DNA of 64,000 nt from Flavobacteriales bacterium. Its GTDB lineage: Bacteria; Bacteroidota; Bacteroidia; JANQJC01. The translations under genes and the position numbers were made by a program. The notes below the pieces were generated by a model. The model searched no databases. It saw only the letters and a program-made list of their open reading frames with translations, and was not told the DNA's origin. The DNA lies in assembly GCA_028281825.1 (NCBI GenBank), contig JANQJC010000009.1, forward strand, positions 8,138-72,137, written 5' to 3'. Shown here piece after piece: positions 46,959 through 56,225 of the stretch. Position 1 is the first letter of the stretch. Every line of letters starts with the position of its first letter.

Positions 46959-47695
46959 CCATTCCAAACCTCCCAAGCTTTTTCAGCTTGAATTTGCAGC
47001 ATCTCTTGCCCATTTTTGATAGTTGCGCCTTTTTCTTTTCCTTTTTGCAGGAATAAGGTTTTATAGGGGTTATACACCAAGTCGTATAGCAGGTGCTTGT
47101 CTGTTAAGTATTGATAAGGTATTTCTGGGCAATCGTCCACTTTTGGGTGCATACCGAGTGGTGTGGTGTTTATGATAACGGTATGACTTTCAATTAATTC
47201 TTGAGTTAACTCCTCATAGCGCAAGGTGTTTTCTGTTGACCTTGATACGTATTGAAACCCAATACCCATTTGTCTCAAGCTATAAGCCACTGCTTTTGAT
47301 GCACCACCCATGCCCAATATCAAAGCTTTTTTGTGGTGGTATTTTATCAAGGGTGTAAGCGATTCGGTGAACCCAACATGGTCTGTATTGTACCCCACCA
47401 GTCTTATTTCAATATCCCCTCTTTCTAACTTGATAGTATTTACTGCACCGATTTCTTTGGCAATAGGTGATACATCATCAAGATAGGGGATAATATCTTC
47501 TTTGTATGGGATAGTAACATTTAAACCATCCAATTCTGGATGGTCATACATCACTTTGCGAAACTTCGAAAGAGAGCGAATTGGAAAATTGAGATAATCA
47601 GTATTGCGAATATTTTCGGCCTCAAACTTTCGCCTGAAGTAATCTTGCGAAAAAGAGTGAGCGAGTGGGTACCCGATTAAGCCAAAAAGCCGCAT
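46955..47695 (-). CDS. aroE: Shikimate dehydrogenase
   Basis: GYPLAHSFS, NVTIPYK, GAVNT, NTD, GMGGAS, NTTPLGM, DLVYNP. TAGTTTTG at 47712-47719 supports ATG 47695. Confidence 0.95.
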   Translation of the reverse strand: MRLFGLIGYPLAHSFSQDYFRRKFEAENIRNTDYLNFPIRSLSKFRKVMYDHPELDGLNVTIPYKEDIIPYLDDVSPIAKEIGAVNTIKLERGDIEIRLVGYNTDHVGFTESLTPLIKYHHKKALILGMGGASKAVAYSLRQMGIGFQYVSRSTENTLRYEELTQELIESHTVIINTTPLGMHPKVDDCPEIPYQYLTDKHLLYDLVYNPYKTLFLQKGKEKGATIKNGQEMLQIQAEKAWEVWNG

Positions 47696-47776
47696 GGACA
47701 AATCGTTTGCACAAAACTATTCAATTATATATTAAGTAGTGACACAAAATTTTGTATCCCTATCAAGACGGAAATC

Positions 47777-48862
47777 TCAGTTCTCAGAATAAAATGGATA
47801 ATCAGTATATCCCTTTGTGCCTGGGGTATAAAAAGTTGATTTATCCCATTCAGCTAAAGGCCAATCGTTTTTGTAACGCTCTGTCAAGTCAGGGTTGCTG
47901 ATGAATGGCTTGCCATATGCAATGGCATCTGCCCTGCCAGCAGCTAGCTCTGCTTCTCCACTTTCTTTGTCATAGTTAGAGTTAGCTATCAGGAATCCCT
48001 TGTAGAAGGGTCGATAATGTCCAATCACATCTTTAATAAACCATGGAACGTCTGAATCTACAAACGGCCTGCTCAAGTGAAGATATGCCAGGTCGTAATC
48101 ATTCATCCTGGTAATGATGTATTCAAAGGTTTTAGCGGTTGTCTCATCCGTTTCGATACCCATTAGGCCGTGCAACATTGGGTTGAGCCTAACGCCAACC
48201 CTGTTCAATGGCATTATTTCTTTGATAGCCTCCAAAACTTCAAAAAAGAAACGGCTTTTGTTTTCATCACTTCCGCCATACTCATCAGTGCGGGTATTGC
48301 TGCAATTGGTGAAGAATTGGTGGAAAAGGTATCCATTGGACGAGTGTATCTCAATGCCATCAAAGCCAGCCTTCATGGCATTAGCAGCTGCATTCTTAAA
48401 CTCCTGGACTGTAGCTTTAATCTCTTCAACTGTCATTTCTTTTGGAGTGACTGTTTCCTCAAGTCCTTTATTCGTAAAAACTTTTGTATTTGGGTTAATT
48501 GCTGATGGGGCAAGAGGCAACTCACCATCGTGAAAAGTGGGGTGAGATATTCTGCCTACATGCCATATCTGAATAAATATTTTACCACCTTCTGCATGGA
48601 CCCCTTCAGTTACTTTTTTCCAGGCTTCAACTTGTTTTTCGCTGTAAATACCTGGCACATTTATATAACCCACACCACCGGGAGAGACTACTGTGCCCTC
48701 GGTGATTATCAAGCCTGAACTGGCTCTTTGCTTATAATATTCAACGTGTATATTAGTTGGTGCTGCATCAGGGTTATCGCTTCTGCTGCGCGTCATCGGC
48801 GCAATAAACATCCTGTTCTTAACTTCTGTTGCGCCAACATTGGAAGGTTCAAATAATTTCAT
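47777..48862 (-). CDS. nemA: Old yellow enzyme / alkene reductase (NemA-like)
   Basis: APMTRSR, YYKQRAS, WHVGR, GFDGIEIHSSNGYL, RTDEYGGS, GYTDYP. Confidence 0.9.
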   Translation of the reverse strand: MKLFEPSNVGATEVKNRMFIAPMTRSRSDNPDAAPTNIHVEYYKQRASSGLIITEGTVVSPGGVGYINVPGIYSEKQVEAWKKVTEGVHAEGGKIFIQIWHVGRISHPTFHDGELPLAPSAINPNTKVFTNKGLEETVTPKEMTVEEIKATVQEFKNAAANAMKAGFDGIEIHSSNGYLFHQFFTNCSNTRTDEYGGSDENKSRFFFEVLEAIKEIMPLNRVGVRLNPMLHGLMGIETDETTAKTFEYIITRMNDYDLAYLHLSRPFVDSDVPWFIKDVIGHYRPFYKGFLIANSNYDKESGEAELAAGRADAIAYGKPFISNPDLTERYKNDWPLAEWDKSTFYTPGTKGYTDYPFYSEN

Positions 48863-48928
48863 GTATCAAAAACTTATATGTTCAAATTAACTGAGAAGGC
48901 AAACAGATATAATAGGAAATGGTTCAAC

Positions 48929-49906
48929 TTAAGCTGGCTTTTTTTCTCCAAGCCTTTCAAGTAGATAAACTACAGCGAAACCAATAATTGCCATTCCAAT
49001 CGCCATACCTATTTGACTGGGTTCACGATTAATAGCCTCGTAAGTGTTTGGGAGCACATTTCTATCCAGAAAAGGAACTTGCTCGCCGTGGCTGTTGATT
49101 CGCCATTCAATTACTTCTTTCCAGGGCCATACTTTATTCAGGGAGCCTATCATAAAGCCTGTTAGTAAGGCAATAGTAACGTTATGTGCTTTTCTAAACA
49201 TCCAGCTTAGCGCATGAGAAAAGGTTAATAAACCTAGTAAGCAACCAGTAGCAAACACTGCTAAAGTGGTTCCGTTACTGATTACATTGGCCATATCAGA
49301 GGCTTTGAGTGAGTCTATCATACCACTGATAGAGCCCAATACCGTTGCATAAGCACCTAGGAGGAGAAGTATAAAACTTCCTGAGATACCAGGCAATATC
49401 ATGGCACAAATGGCTATTGAACCTGCGAAAAAGACATAGATTAATCCATCAGGCATACTGGATGGGGCGGCTATGGTCACATAATAAGCAATGGCCGTGC
49501 CAGACACCAAAGCCGCTATCACACCTGCATCCCATTTTTTAATTTGCTTACCTATAAACAGAACAGAAGCTACGATTAGCCCGAAAAAGAAAGACCAAAT
49601 CAAAACTGGCTTGTTTTCCAGAAAGTAAGTGATGGCCTTTGCCAAACTAGCTATGCTAACTAAAATTCCAAAAAAGAGAGTAAAAAGAAAGTTGCCATTG
49701 ATGTGTTTCCAAAAGGGTTTAATACCTTGCTTGAAAAGTACCTGCAAAGCCCTATGATCTATTGACTTAATTGAATTAATCAATTCTTCATAGATGCCTG
49801 CTATAAAAGCTATTGTTCCTCCTGACACGCCAGGCACAACATCGGCTGCACCCATTGCCATCCCCTTGGTAAAAATCAATAGGTAATCCTTAATACTTCT
49901 CTGCAT
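48929..49906 (-). CDS. DUF368 family membrane protein (undecaprenyl phosphate translocase, PopT-like)
   Basis: GAADVVPGVSGGT and AMILPGISGS repeats. Confidence 0.9.
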   Translation of the reverse strand: MQRSIKDYLLIFTKGMAMGAADVVPGVSGGTIAFIAGIYEELINSIKSIDHRALQVLFKQGIKPFWKHINGNFLFTLFFGILVSIASLAKAITYFLENKPVLIWSFFFGLIVASVLFIGKQIKKWDAGVIAALVSGTAIAYYVTIAAPSSMPDGLIYVFFAGSIAICAMILPGISGSFILLLLGAYATVLGSISGMIDSLKASDMANVISNGTTLAVFATGCLLGLLTFSHALSWMFRKAHNVTIALLTGFMIGSLNKVWPWKEVIEWRINSHGEQVPFLDRNVLPNTYEAINREPSQIGMAIGMAIIGFAVVYLLERLGEKKPA

Positions 49907-49937
49907 GGATTGGTAAAATGATAATGAACTAAGTAGA

Positions 49938-51110
49938 TTAGTACTTAGCTACTGTCTGGTCAACTTCGTCAGCATAGGCAAGAATACCACCTTTAAGGTT
50001 ATAAAGGTTCTCAAAGCCATGTCTGTCTTCTAATGCCTGAATAATATTGGCAGAGCGCGCCCCACTGCGGCAATGGACTATAACTTTCTTATCGCGGGCC
50101 ACCTTATCAAGATTGTACAGCACTTCGCCCATTGGTATCAATTCACCTCCTATGTTAGAGATTTCATACTCATATTCCTCTCTCACATCAATCAATTGAT
50201 AGGGCTCACCGCTGTCTACTAACTTTTTGAAGTTCTTTGCTGTTATCTCTTTCATCTTGGTACCATTTTTTGTTACTTTCTCGTTTTTCTGCGCTTTTTT
50301 ATTTGGCTTTTCCCCCATTTGGGGTTTTTCTACTTTGATGGGTGTTGAGTCCTGTTGCAAAAACTGGAAGAATGTATCCCCGCGCACACCTAATCTTAAT
50401 GTCTCCAGGGGAATAACTTCCTCAGGAGCGATATTTCCTAAGTTTACGTTAGCCCCTAAAAGTTTTATAAACCACACCTGCTGTGATTTTTGAGGCGCTT
50501 CCCAGAGTATTTTTTCTCCTGGTATTTTGTTTAATATCTTGTTGACTAATGCCACGTGGGCTTTACCACTTGGACGATAGATACCTACGTTTCCTGACTC
50601 TCTGGCTTCAGCAATCACTTTCCACGAGCCAGCATCCAATTCGGTTTGCATCATCTTTATCCACTTATTCGGGTGAATGATGATACCAGCTTCTTTAGAA
50701 CCTACCTCTGAAAGAACGGTGTAATTCTTAGAGAGGAGTGAAATGTACTCGCATTTCAAATCGTGTGAAATAGTAATGGAGCCATCAGAAACTTCGGCAC
50801 AGTCAACCTTGTACTTATCCAGTAGTCGGCAATACTCATCAAACATGCCGCGAACAAGGAAAGCCTCGAACAGGGTGCCACCAAAATAAACTTTGAAACC
50901 CGCTCTTCTATACAGCTTCACTTTTTCAGCTATATTAGAGGAGACAAGTGAAGTCCCAAAACCTAATTTAACAATATCAACTAGCTCGCCACAAGTTTCT
51001 ATCAAGTCTTCGGCTTGGCGGGTAGAAAGACCTTTATCCATTACCATGGTGAGGCCGTTTTCTCTGGGTTTTTTATCCCTTTCAGGAATATCGGTAAGGT
51101 GAAAATTCAT
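49938..51110 (-). CDS. comA: Phosphosulfolactate synthase ComA fused in frame to a rhodanese domain
   Basis: KPRENGLTMVMDKG, KLGFGT, SEVGSK, EARESG, NVNLGN, LRLG.RGDT; Lys-rich linker; then DVRE..E and HCRSGARS...NLKGG. Confidence 0.88.
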   Translation of the reverse strand: MNFHLTDIPERDKKPRENGLTMVMDKGLSTRQAEDLIETCGELVDIVKLGFGTSLVSSNIAEKVKLYRRAGFKVYFGGTLFEAFLVRGMFDEYCRLLDKYKVDCAEVSDGSITISHDLKCEYISLLSKNYTVLSEVGSKEAGIIIHPNKWIKMMQTELDAGSWKVIAEARESGNVGIYRPSGKAHVALVNKILNKIPGEKILWEAPQKSQQVWFIKLLGANVNLGNIAPEEVIPLETLRLGVRGDTFFQFLQQDSTPIKVEKPQMGEKPNKKAQKNEKVTKNGTKMKEITAKNFKKLVDSGEPYQLIDVREEYEYEISNIGGELIPMGEVLYNLDKVARDKKVIVHCRSGARSANIIQALEDRHGFENLYNLKGGILAYADEVDQTVAKY

Positions 51111-51114
51111 GGTG

Positions 51115-52521
51115 CTATTCTTTGTGAGTATCTATCAAACTGAGAACCTCATTGTCGGTGACAGCCTCAGGCAGATATTCAAAAAGTAATGTGTGTTGGT
51201 CAAAATTAAGGCCCAGCGCAGTATCAAGCATTTCATAAGCCTCTTTTTGCTTGCCTGCTTCAAAAAGCAAGGCAGTAAGTTTGTAATATAGTTCAGCGTC
51301 CTGAGGATTGGTTTTAATGGCTTCCAACATCATTTCAAGTCCTTCAATCTCGCTGTTTTCTTCAAAAACTAATTGTGCCAATTCAATCCAATACTCAGAG
51401 TTGTCAGGCTCCAGGTCAATAGCTACTTCGTAATTCTCTATAGCTTGGTTTAGGTCACCCAATTGCTTATTAATTTGAGCTAAGAAGCCCCTATATTCGG
51501 CATTTTTCTCATTTTTTGCAGCTGCAATTTCAGCATAGTGACGGCTCTCTGTATAGTTCCTGCTGTATTCTAGTATAGTAGCAGCGGCAAAATAAGCTTC
51601 GGCATAGTCAGGGTCTATTTTGATGGCTTCCCTGTAATGGAATAAGGCCATAGCATCGCTGTCCATTTCCTCAAAGCACTCACCGATATATAGGTGAGTG
51701 GTAGCTTGCTCGTTTTCAAACTGAAAAGTCTCTTTGTAAACCTCAATGGCATCTTCGTAGCACTCCAGGCTAGCTAATGAGTTGGCCTTGTTGAAGTAAG
51801 CCACGGTCATATCCTCTTTAATAACGATAGCAAAATCGTAAGCACTTATAGCATCACGGTGCTTCTCCAATTTGCTGTATATATCACCCAAGTAGCACCA
51901 GGCTACATGAGAGTATGGATAGTCATCAATATATCTAGTGAAGAATTGAACACCTTCTTTATAGGTACCCAGCATTTCAAAGCAAAAGAATATTTCATAA
52001 AGTGCACCCTTGTTTTCCGGGTTTTCTTTTATCGCTTTCTTAAGGTAAGCCAAGGCTTTGTCATAATCCCCAAGGTTTTCATATTCAAATGCTATACAAA
52101 TGAATATCTCGTCAGGCTCATCAGAGAACTCAATAGCTTTATTGTAAGCCTGAATAGATTCTTTGAACTTACCCATTTGGCTGTATATGGAACCTTTAGT
52201 AAGGAAAAGGTCAGAATTAAGCGGGTCAAGCAATTCTGCAGTTGACAATGCTTCTAATGCTTCGCCATAGTTTTCATCTGCACAGAGTATTTGAGCTTTG
52301 CGCAAGAGGAAATCAACGGAGAAAGGATGCTGCTGCATGGCAATCTCAATAGCCCTCATAGCCTTGGGCAAATTATCTTGCTCAAAAAAGTAATCAATGA
52401 GGTCTTCCAGTTCGCTTACGTCAAAAAAGGCATTTTCCCTTCCCTTAAGTACTTGCTCAAATCTGTTTAGACTTTGGCCGAACTGTTCGTCGCCGATGTT
52501 GGAATTAGTATCTTCTTTCAT
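51115..52521 (-). CDS. Tetratricopeptide repeat protein
   Basis: Multiple TPR-pattern helical repeats; Bacteroidota gene usually found divergent from glmM. Confidence 0.88.
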   Translation of the reverse strand: MKEDTNSNIGDEQFGQSLNRFEQVLKGRENAFFDVSELEDLIDYFFEQDNLPKAMRAIEIAMQQHPFSVDFLLRKAQILCADENYGEALEALSTAELLDPLNSDLFLTKGSIYSQMGKFKESIQAYNKAIEFSDEPDEIFICIAFEYENLGDYDKALAYLKKAIKENPENKGALYEIFFCFEMLGTYKEGVQFFTRYIDDYPYSHVAWCYLGDIYSKLEKHRDAISAYDFAIVIKEDMTVAYFNKANSLASLECYEDAIEVYKETFQFENEQATTHLYIGECFEEMDSDAMALFHYREAIKIDPDYAEAYFAAATILEYSRNYTESRHYAEIAAAKNEKNAEYRGFLAQINKQLGDLNQAIENYEVAIDLEPDNSEYWIELAQLVFEENSEIEGLEMMLEAIKTNPQDAELYYKLTALLFEAGKQKEAYEMLDTALGLNFDQHTLLFEYLPEAVTDNEVLSLIDTHKE

Positions 52522-52554
52522 GCATTACTAACCGTTGGTTAGTTAAATCTATCG

Positions 52555-52681
52555 CAAAATTAGCAAAATTGGCTTGCGCGCGTCCTTTTCTTATCAACAG
52601 AAAATGTTAATAAAAAGTACGTTCATCGAAAAGATAAACACAGTGTTAATTTCATTTAGTAAGGGCAAACTTCTACTTTTG
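52555..52681. promoter_or_regulatory. Divergent Bacteroidota -7 elements for the TPR operon and glmM
   Basis: TAATTTTG on minus at 52555-52562; TACTTTTG on plus at 52674-52681. Confidence 0.6.
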
Positions 52682-52707
52682 TACGCCCTTTTAAAACCAT
52701 AATTAGC

Positions 52708-54111
52708 ATGGCACTTATTAAATCAATATCAGGCATTAGAGGAACGATTGGCGGCAAGCCAGGAGAGGGATTAAGCCCTTTGGATGTAGTGAAATTTACA
52801 GCAGCTTTTGGTACCCTGATTAAGCAGAAAGAAGTTAAGGAAAATCCCTTGATTGTGATTGGAAGAGATGCCAGGGTGTCTGGTGATATGGTGAATAATT
52901 TGGTTTTGGGAACCCTTCAGGGTTTGGGAATCAATGTGATAGACTTTGGACTTTCAACCACACCGACGGTTGAAGTGATGGTGACTGAGAAAAAGGCAGA
53001 TGCCGGTATTATTCTAACTGCCAGCCACAATCCTAAACAGTGGAATGCATTAAAGCTATTGAATAGTGCTGGTGAATTTATCTCAGCAGAGTGGGGGCAA
53101 GAAGTGCTTAGCCTAGCTGCTGCTGACGATTTTGAGTTTGCTGATGTGAATAAGTTGGGCAAAGTGGTGAAGGATGATACTGCCATTGATTTTCATATAC
53201 GGGAGATATTGAACCTGGAGTTGGTGGATGTGGATGCCATCAAGGCGCGCAACTTTAAGGTGGTGATTGACTGTGTGAACTCAACGGGAGGCATTGCATT
53301 ACCCCCATTATTGAAAGCACTGGGTGTGCAAGAAGTAGTTGAACTATATTGTGAGCCTGATGGTATTTTCCCTCATAATCCTGAGCCATTGCCAGAGAAT
53401 TTATCCGAGATTTCTCAAATGGTGGTGAAGAAAAAGGCTGACCTTGGCATAGTGGTTGACCCTGATGTAGATAGATTGGCTCTTGTGTGTGAAGACGGTG
53501 AAATGTTTGGTGAAGAATACACCCTTGTTGCTGTGGCTGACTATGTATTGAAGCATAAAAAAGGGAATACGGTCTCTAATTTATCATCTACCCGCGCTTT
53601 GAGAGATGTGACCGAGAAAGCTGGTGGTGAGTACCACGCTGCTGCTGTGGGTGAGGTAAACGTAGTGAACAGGATGAAAGAATGCGGCGCAGTGATTGGC
53701 GGTGAAGGTAATGGAGGAGTAATATACCCTGAGATACATTATGGCCGTGATGCTTTGGCTGGTATTGCCTTATTCTTAACTCATCTGGCGAAGTATGGAA
53801 AGAGTATCTCTATGTTGAGAGCTACTTACCCTAACTACTTTATAAGCAAGAACAAGATAGAGCTAACTAAGGAGACCAATGTGGATGCCATATTGGCTGC
53901 TATAAAAGATAAATACGCCAAGAACCCTATTAATACGGAAGATGGGGTGAAAATTGAGTTTGATAAAGAGTGGGTGCATCTGCGCAAGTCAAACACAGAG
54001 CCTATCATACGCATATACAGCGAAAGTGAGAACGAATCAACTGCCAACAACCTTGCAAACAAGATTATCAAGGATATTAAGGAGTTGATGAATCATAGTA
54101 TTAAGTATTAA
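52708..54111 (+). CDS. glmM: Phosphoglucosamine mutase
   Basis: SISGIRG, TASHNP, DPDVDR, GGEGNGG, RKSNTEP. Confidence 0.9.
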   Translation: MALIKSISGIRGTIGGKPGEGLSPLDVVKFTAAFGTLIKQKEVKENPLIVIGRDARVSGDMVNNLVLGTLQGLGINVIDFGLSTTPTVEVMVTEKKADAGIILTASHNPKQWNALKLLNSAGEFISAEWGQEVLSLAAADDFEFADVNKLGKVVKDDTAIDFHIREILNLELVDVDAIKARNFKVVIDCVNSTGGIALPPLLKALGVQEVVELYCEPDGIFPHNPEPLPENLSEISQMVVKKKADLGIVVDPDVDRLALVCEDGEMFGEEYTLVAVADYVLKHKKGNTVSNLSSTRALRDVTEKAGGEYHAAAVGEVNVVNRMKECGAVIGGEGNGGVIYPEIHYGRDALAGIALFLTHLAKYGKSISMLRATYPNYFISKNKIELTKETNVDAILAAIKDKYAKNPINTEDGVKIEFDKEWVHLRKSNTEPIIRIYSESENESTANNLANKIIKDIKELMNHSIKY

Positions 54112-54215
54112 GTACAAAGTATTAAGATTAAGACTTACGGCGTTCGCGGGCAGAGACCCGCGATCTCAATACCACTTAACCGCAGAGTTCACAAAGCAGC
54201 GCAGAGAACACAGAG
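54097..54215. repeat. Composite intergenic repeat patch: heptamer tandem, GC hairpin and C(G/A)CA(G/A)AG units
   Basis: AGTATTA-like heptamers at 54097-54137; TCGCGGG-CAGAGA-CCCGCGA at 54144-54163; CGCAGAG/CACAAAG/CGCAGAG/CACAGAG at 54181-54215. Confidence 0.65.
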
Positions 54216-54376
54216 AATTTCAAACTTGTTTTTTCCACAGAAAATACAAAGTAATTATAAGCTGAAAAAGGGGTACAGACCCTGAGAAGCAAGTTGTTTA
54301 TTCAAATATACATTATCTTGTAACAAAATCAACAATCCTATAAAAAACTCTACTTCCCCACTTCCCCCAAAAATCC

Positions 54377-54384
54377 TAATTTTG
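54377..54384 (+). promoter_or_regulatory. -7 promoter element of the cysteine desulfurase gene
   Basis: TAATTTTG ending about 20 bp before ATG 54406. Confidence 0.55.
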
Positions 54385-54405
54385 CCCTGACCTAATCATT
54401 GAGCA

Positions 54406-55548
54406 ATGAAGAAAGTTTTTTTGGATAATGCAGCTACCACGCCTATCGACCCTGAGGTGGTTGAAGCGATGATACCTGTATTGAAGGAAAAATTTGGTAA
54501 TCCTTCTTCTATACATGGGCATGGGCGAGAGGCCAAGACTTTGATTGAAAGAGCTCGCAAGCAAGTGTCAGGATATTTGAATGTGAGTCCCGCTGAGATA
54601 TTCTTCACCTCGGGCGGTACTGAAGCCAATAACATGGCTATCCGTTGCAGTATTAATGATTTTGGAATTAAACACGCTATCACCAGCAAGATTGAACACC
54701 ATGCGGTACTTCATACTTTGGAGGAGGGAGAAAAGGAAAGGTTATTCAGGCTAAGCTATGTTAAGCTGGATGATGACGGTAGGGTGGACCTGGAGCACTT
54801 GGAGGAATTGCTTAAGGGTAACGATAAGTCGTTTGTTTCCCTAATGCATGGTAATAATGAGATAGGTAACTTATTGGATATTAAGGGGGTGGGTAAGTTA
54901 TGTAGACAGTATGATGCTATATTCCATTGTGATACGGTACAGACTATGGGACATTATCCTCTTGATTTACAGGAGATAGAAGTGGATTTTGTGACATGCT
55001 CGGCACATAAGTTTCATGGGCCAAAGGGGATAGGTTTCCTGTACATTAATAGTGATATCAAAATACGCCCTTTGATATATGGTGGTGCACAAGAACGTAA
55101 TATGAGAGGTGGAACGGAGAATATTTATGGTATAGTTGGATTGGCTAAAGCCATGGAGATAGCCTACCGCGATATGGATATTCATCAAGAGTATATACAA
55201 AACATTAAAGACTACATGCGTAAAAAGTTGGTGGAGGCTATTCCTGATGTTCACTTCAATGGAGATGTCGATGGTCCTGCATTATACACTGTGCTTAATG
55301 TTTGCTTCCCCAAAACCGATGTTGCTGAGACCTTGCTTTTTAACCTTGATATAGATGGTATTTCAGCCTCGGGCGGTAGCGCTTGTTCTTCAGGGAGTAA
55401 TGTGGGTTCGCATGTATTGGCTGAGTTGGCTCGTGATCCAGAAAGGCCAGGTGTAAGATTCTCCTTTAGTAAATACACCACAAAAGACGAGATTGACTAT
55501 ACCGTTGGGAAGCTCAAAGCGCTTTTCAAGGTAGGTGTAAACGCTTAA
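54406..55548 (+). CDS. iscS: Cysteine desulfurase (IscS/NifS family)
   Basis: LDNAATT, GNPSS.H, TSGGTE, SAHKFHGPKG (PLP Lys), SGGSACSSG. Confidence 0.92.
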   Translation: MKKVFLDNAATTPIDPEVVEAMIPVLKEKFGNPSSIHGHGREAKTLIERARKQVSGYLNVSPAEIFFTSGGTEANNMAIRCSINDFGIKHAITSKIEHHAVLHTLEEGEKERLFRLSYVKLDDDGRVDLEHLEELLKGNDKSFVSLMHGNNEIGNLLDIKGVGKLCRQYDAIFHCDTVQTMGHYPLDLQEIEVDFVTCSAHKFHGPKGIGFLYINSDIKIRPLIYGGAQERNMRGGTENIYGIVGLAKAMEIAYRDMDIHQEYIQNIKDYMRKKLVEAIPDVHFNGDVDGPALYTVLNVCFPKTDVAETLLFNLDIDGISASGGSACSSGSNVGSHVLAELARDPERPGVRFSFSKYTTKDEIDYTVGKLKALFKVGVNA

Positions 55549-55614
55549 TTTCTCTTTACCCATTGCGGGATTAGCTGAAAAATCTTTTCTTGCAACCCCT
55601 AAACTATTGAACGC

Positions 55615-56079
55615 ATGAGGTACACATTTTTTCTTTCATTCATAATTCTTTCAACAGCTGTATTTGCCCAAAAACGCGGGGCTGAACCCGTTACTGAAGA
55701 AGTAACCAAAGAGTTGAAACTATATGTGGGTGACAAATTTGAAGAACTGGGTCTTGAAGGTAAGTTGTTTGAATTGTATGCCCCTCGTGGTGGGGAAAGC
55801 TGTGGAAAAGCTAAAAAAGGCCAAAAAATAACCAATGCAGCCATAGCCTATGTAGAGTTCAAGTATCAAGGTAGAAAGGTATCATCAGAGTTGTGCTACC
55901 AAAGGCTGCTGATTGATGGAAAGGAAGATGTGAATTTTACCACAGAACGCTTTAAAGCTAAGGACAGCATCTTGGCCATAAGTGTTCAGGATATCAACAA
56001 CGAAGAGGGCTTGGTGACTTTTGTAATTACAAAAAGCCCTTTACCACCAGAAGAGGATAAAAAGAAGAAGAGAAAATAG
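55615..56079 (+). CDS. Hypothetical exported protein
   Basis: Signal peptide ending VFAQ; 154 aa. Confidence 0.6.
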   Translation: MRYTFFLSFIILSTAVFAQKRGAEPVTEEVTKELKLYVGDKFEELGLEGKLFELYAPRGGESCGKAKKGQKITNAAIAYVEFKYQGRKVSSELCYQRLLIDGKEDVNFTTERFKAKDSILAISVQDINNEEGLVTFVITKSPLPPEEDKKKKRK

Positions 56080-56225
56080 AATGGATAAAATTACGGTCTA
56101 TTCTGCTTAGCCTACCCTTAATCGTATAATCAGGGCCTGTTATCGAAACCAGAAGGCCGCCAAAGGTTGTCTTCCGTTAATTTGTATTATTCCGTTTGAA
56201 TCTAAATGGTGTGATAAGTTAAACT

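Noticed and set aside
56080-56225. Possible ncRNA or riboswitch in longer spacers (also 43325-43500, 38783-38929)
   Set aside because: No recognisable conserved motif or convincing stem structure by eye; an Rfam/Infernal scan would be needed.
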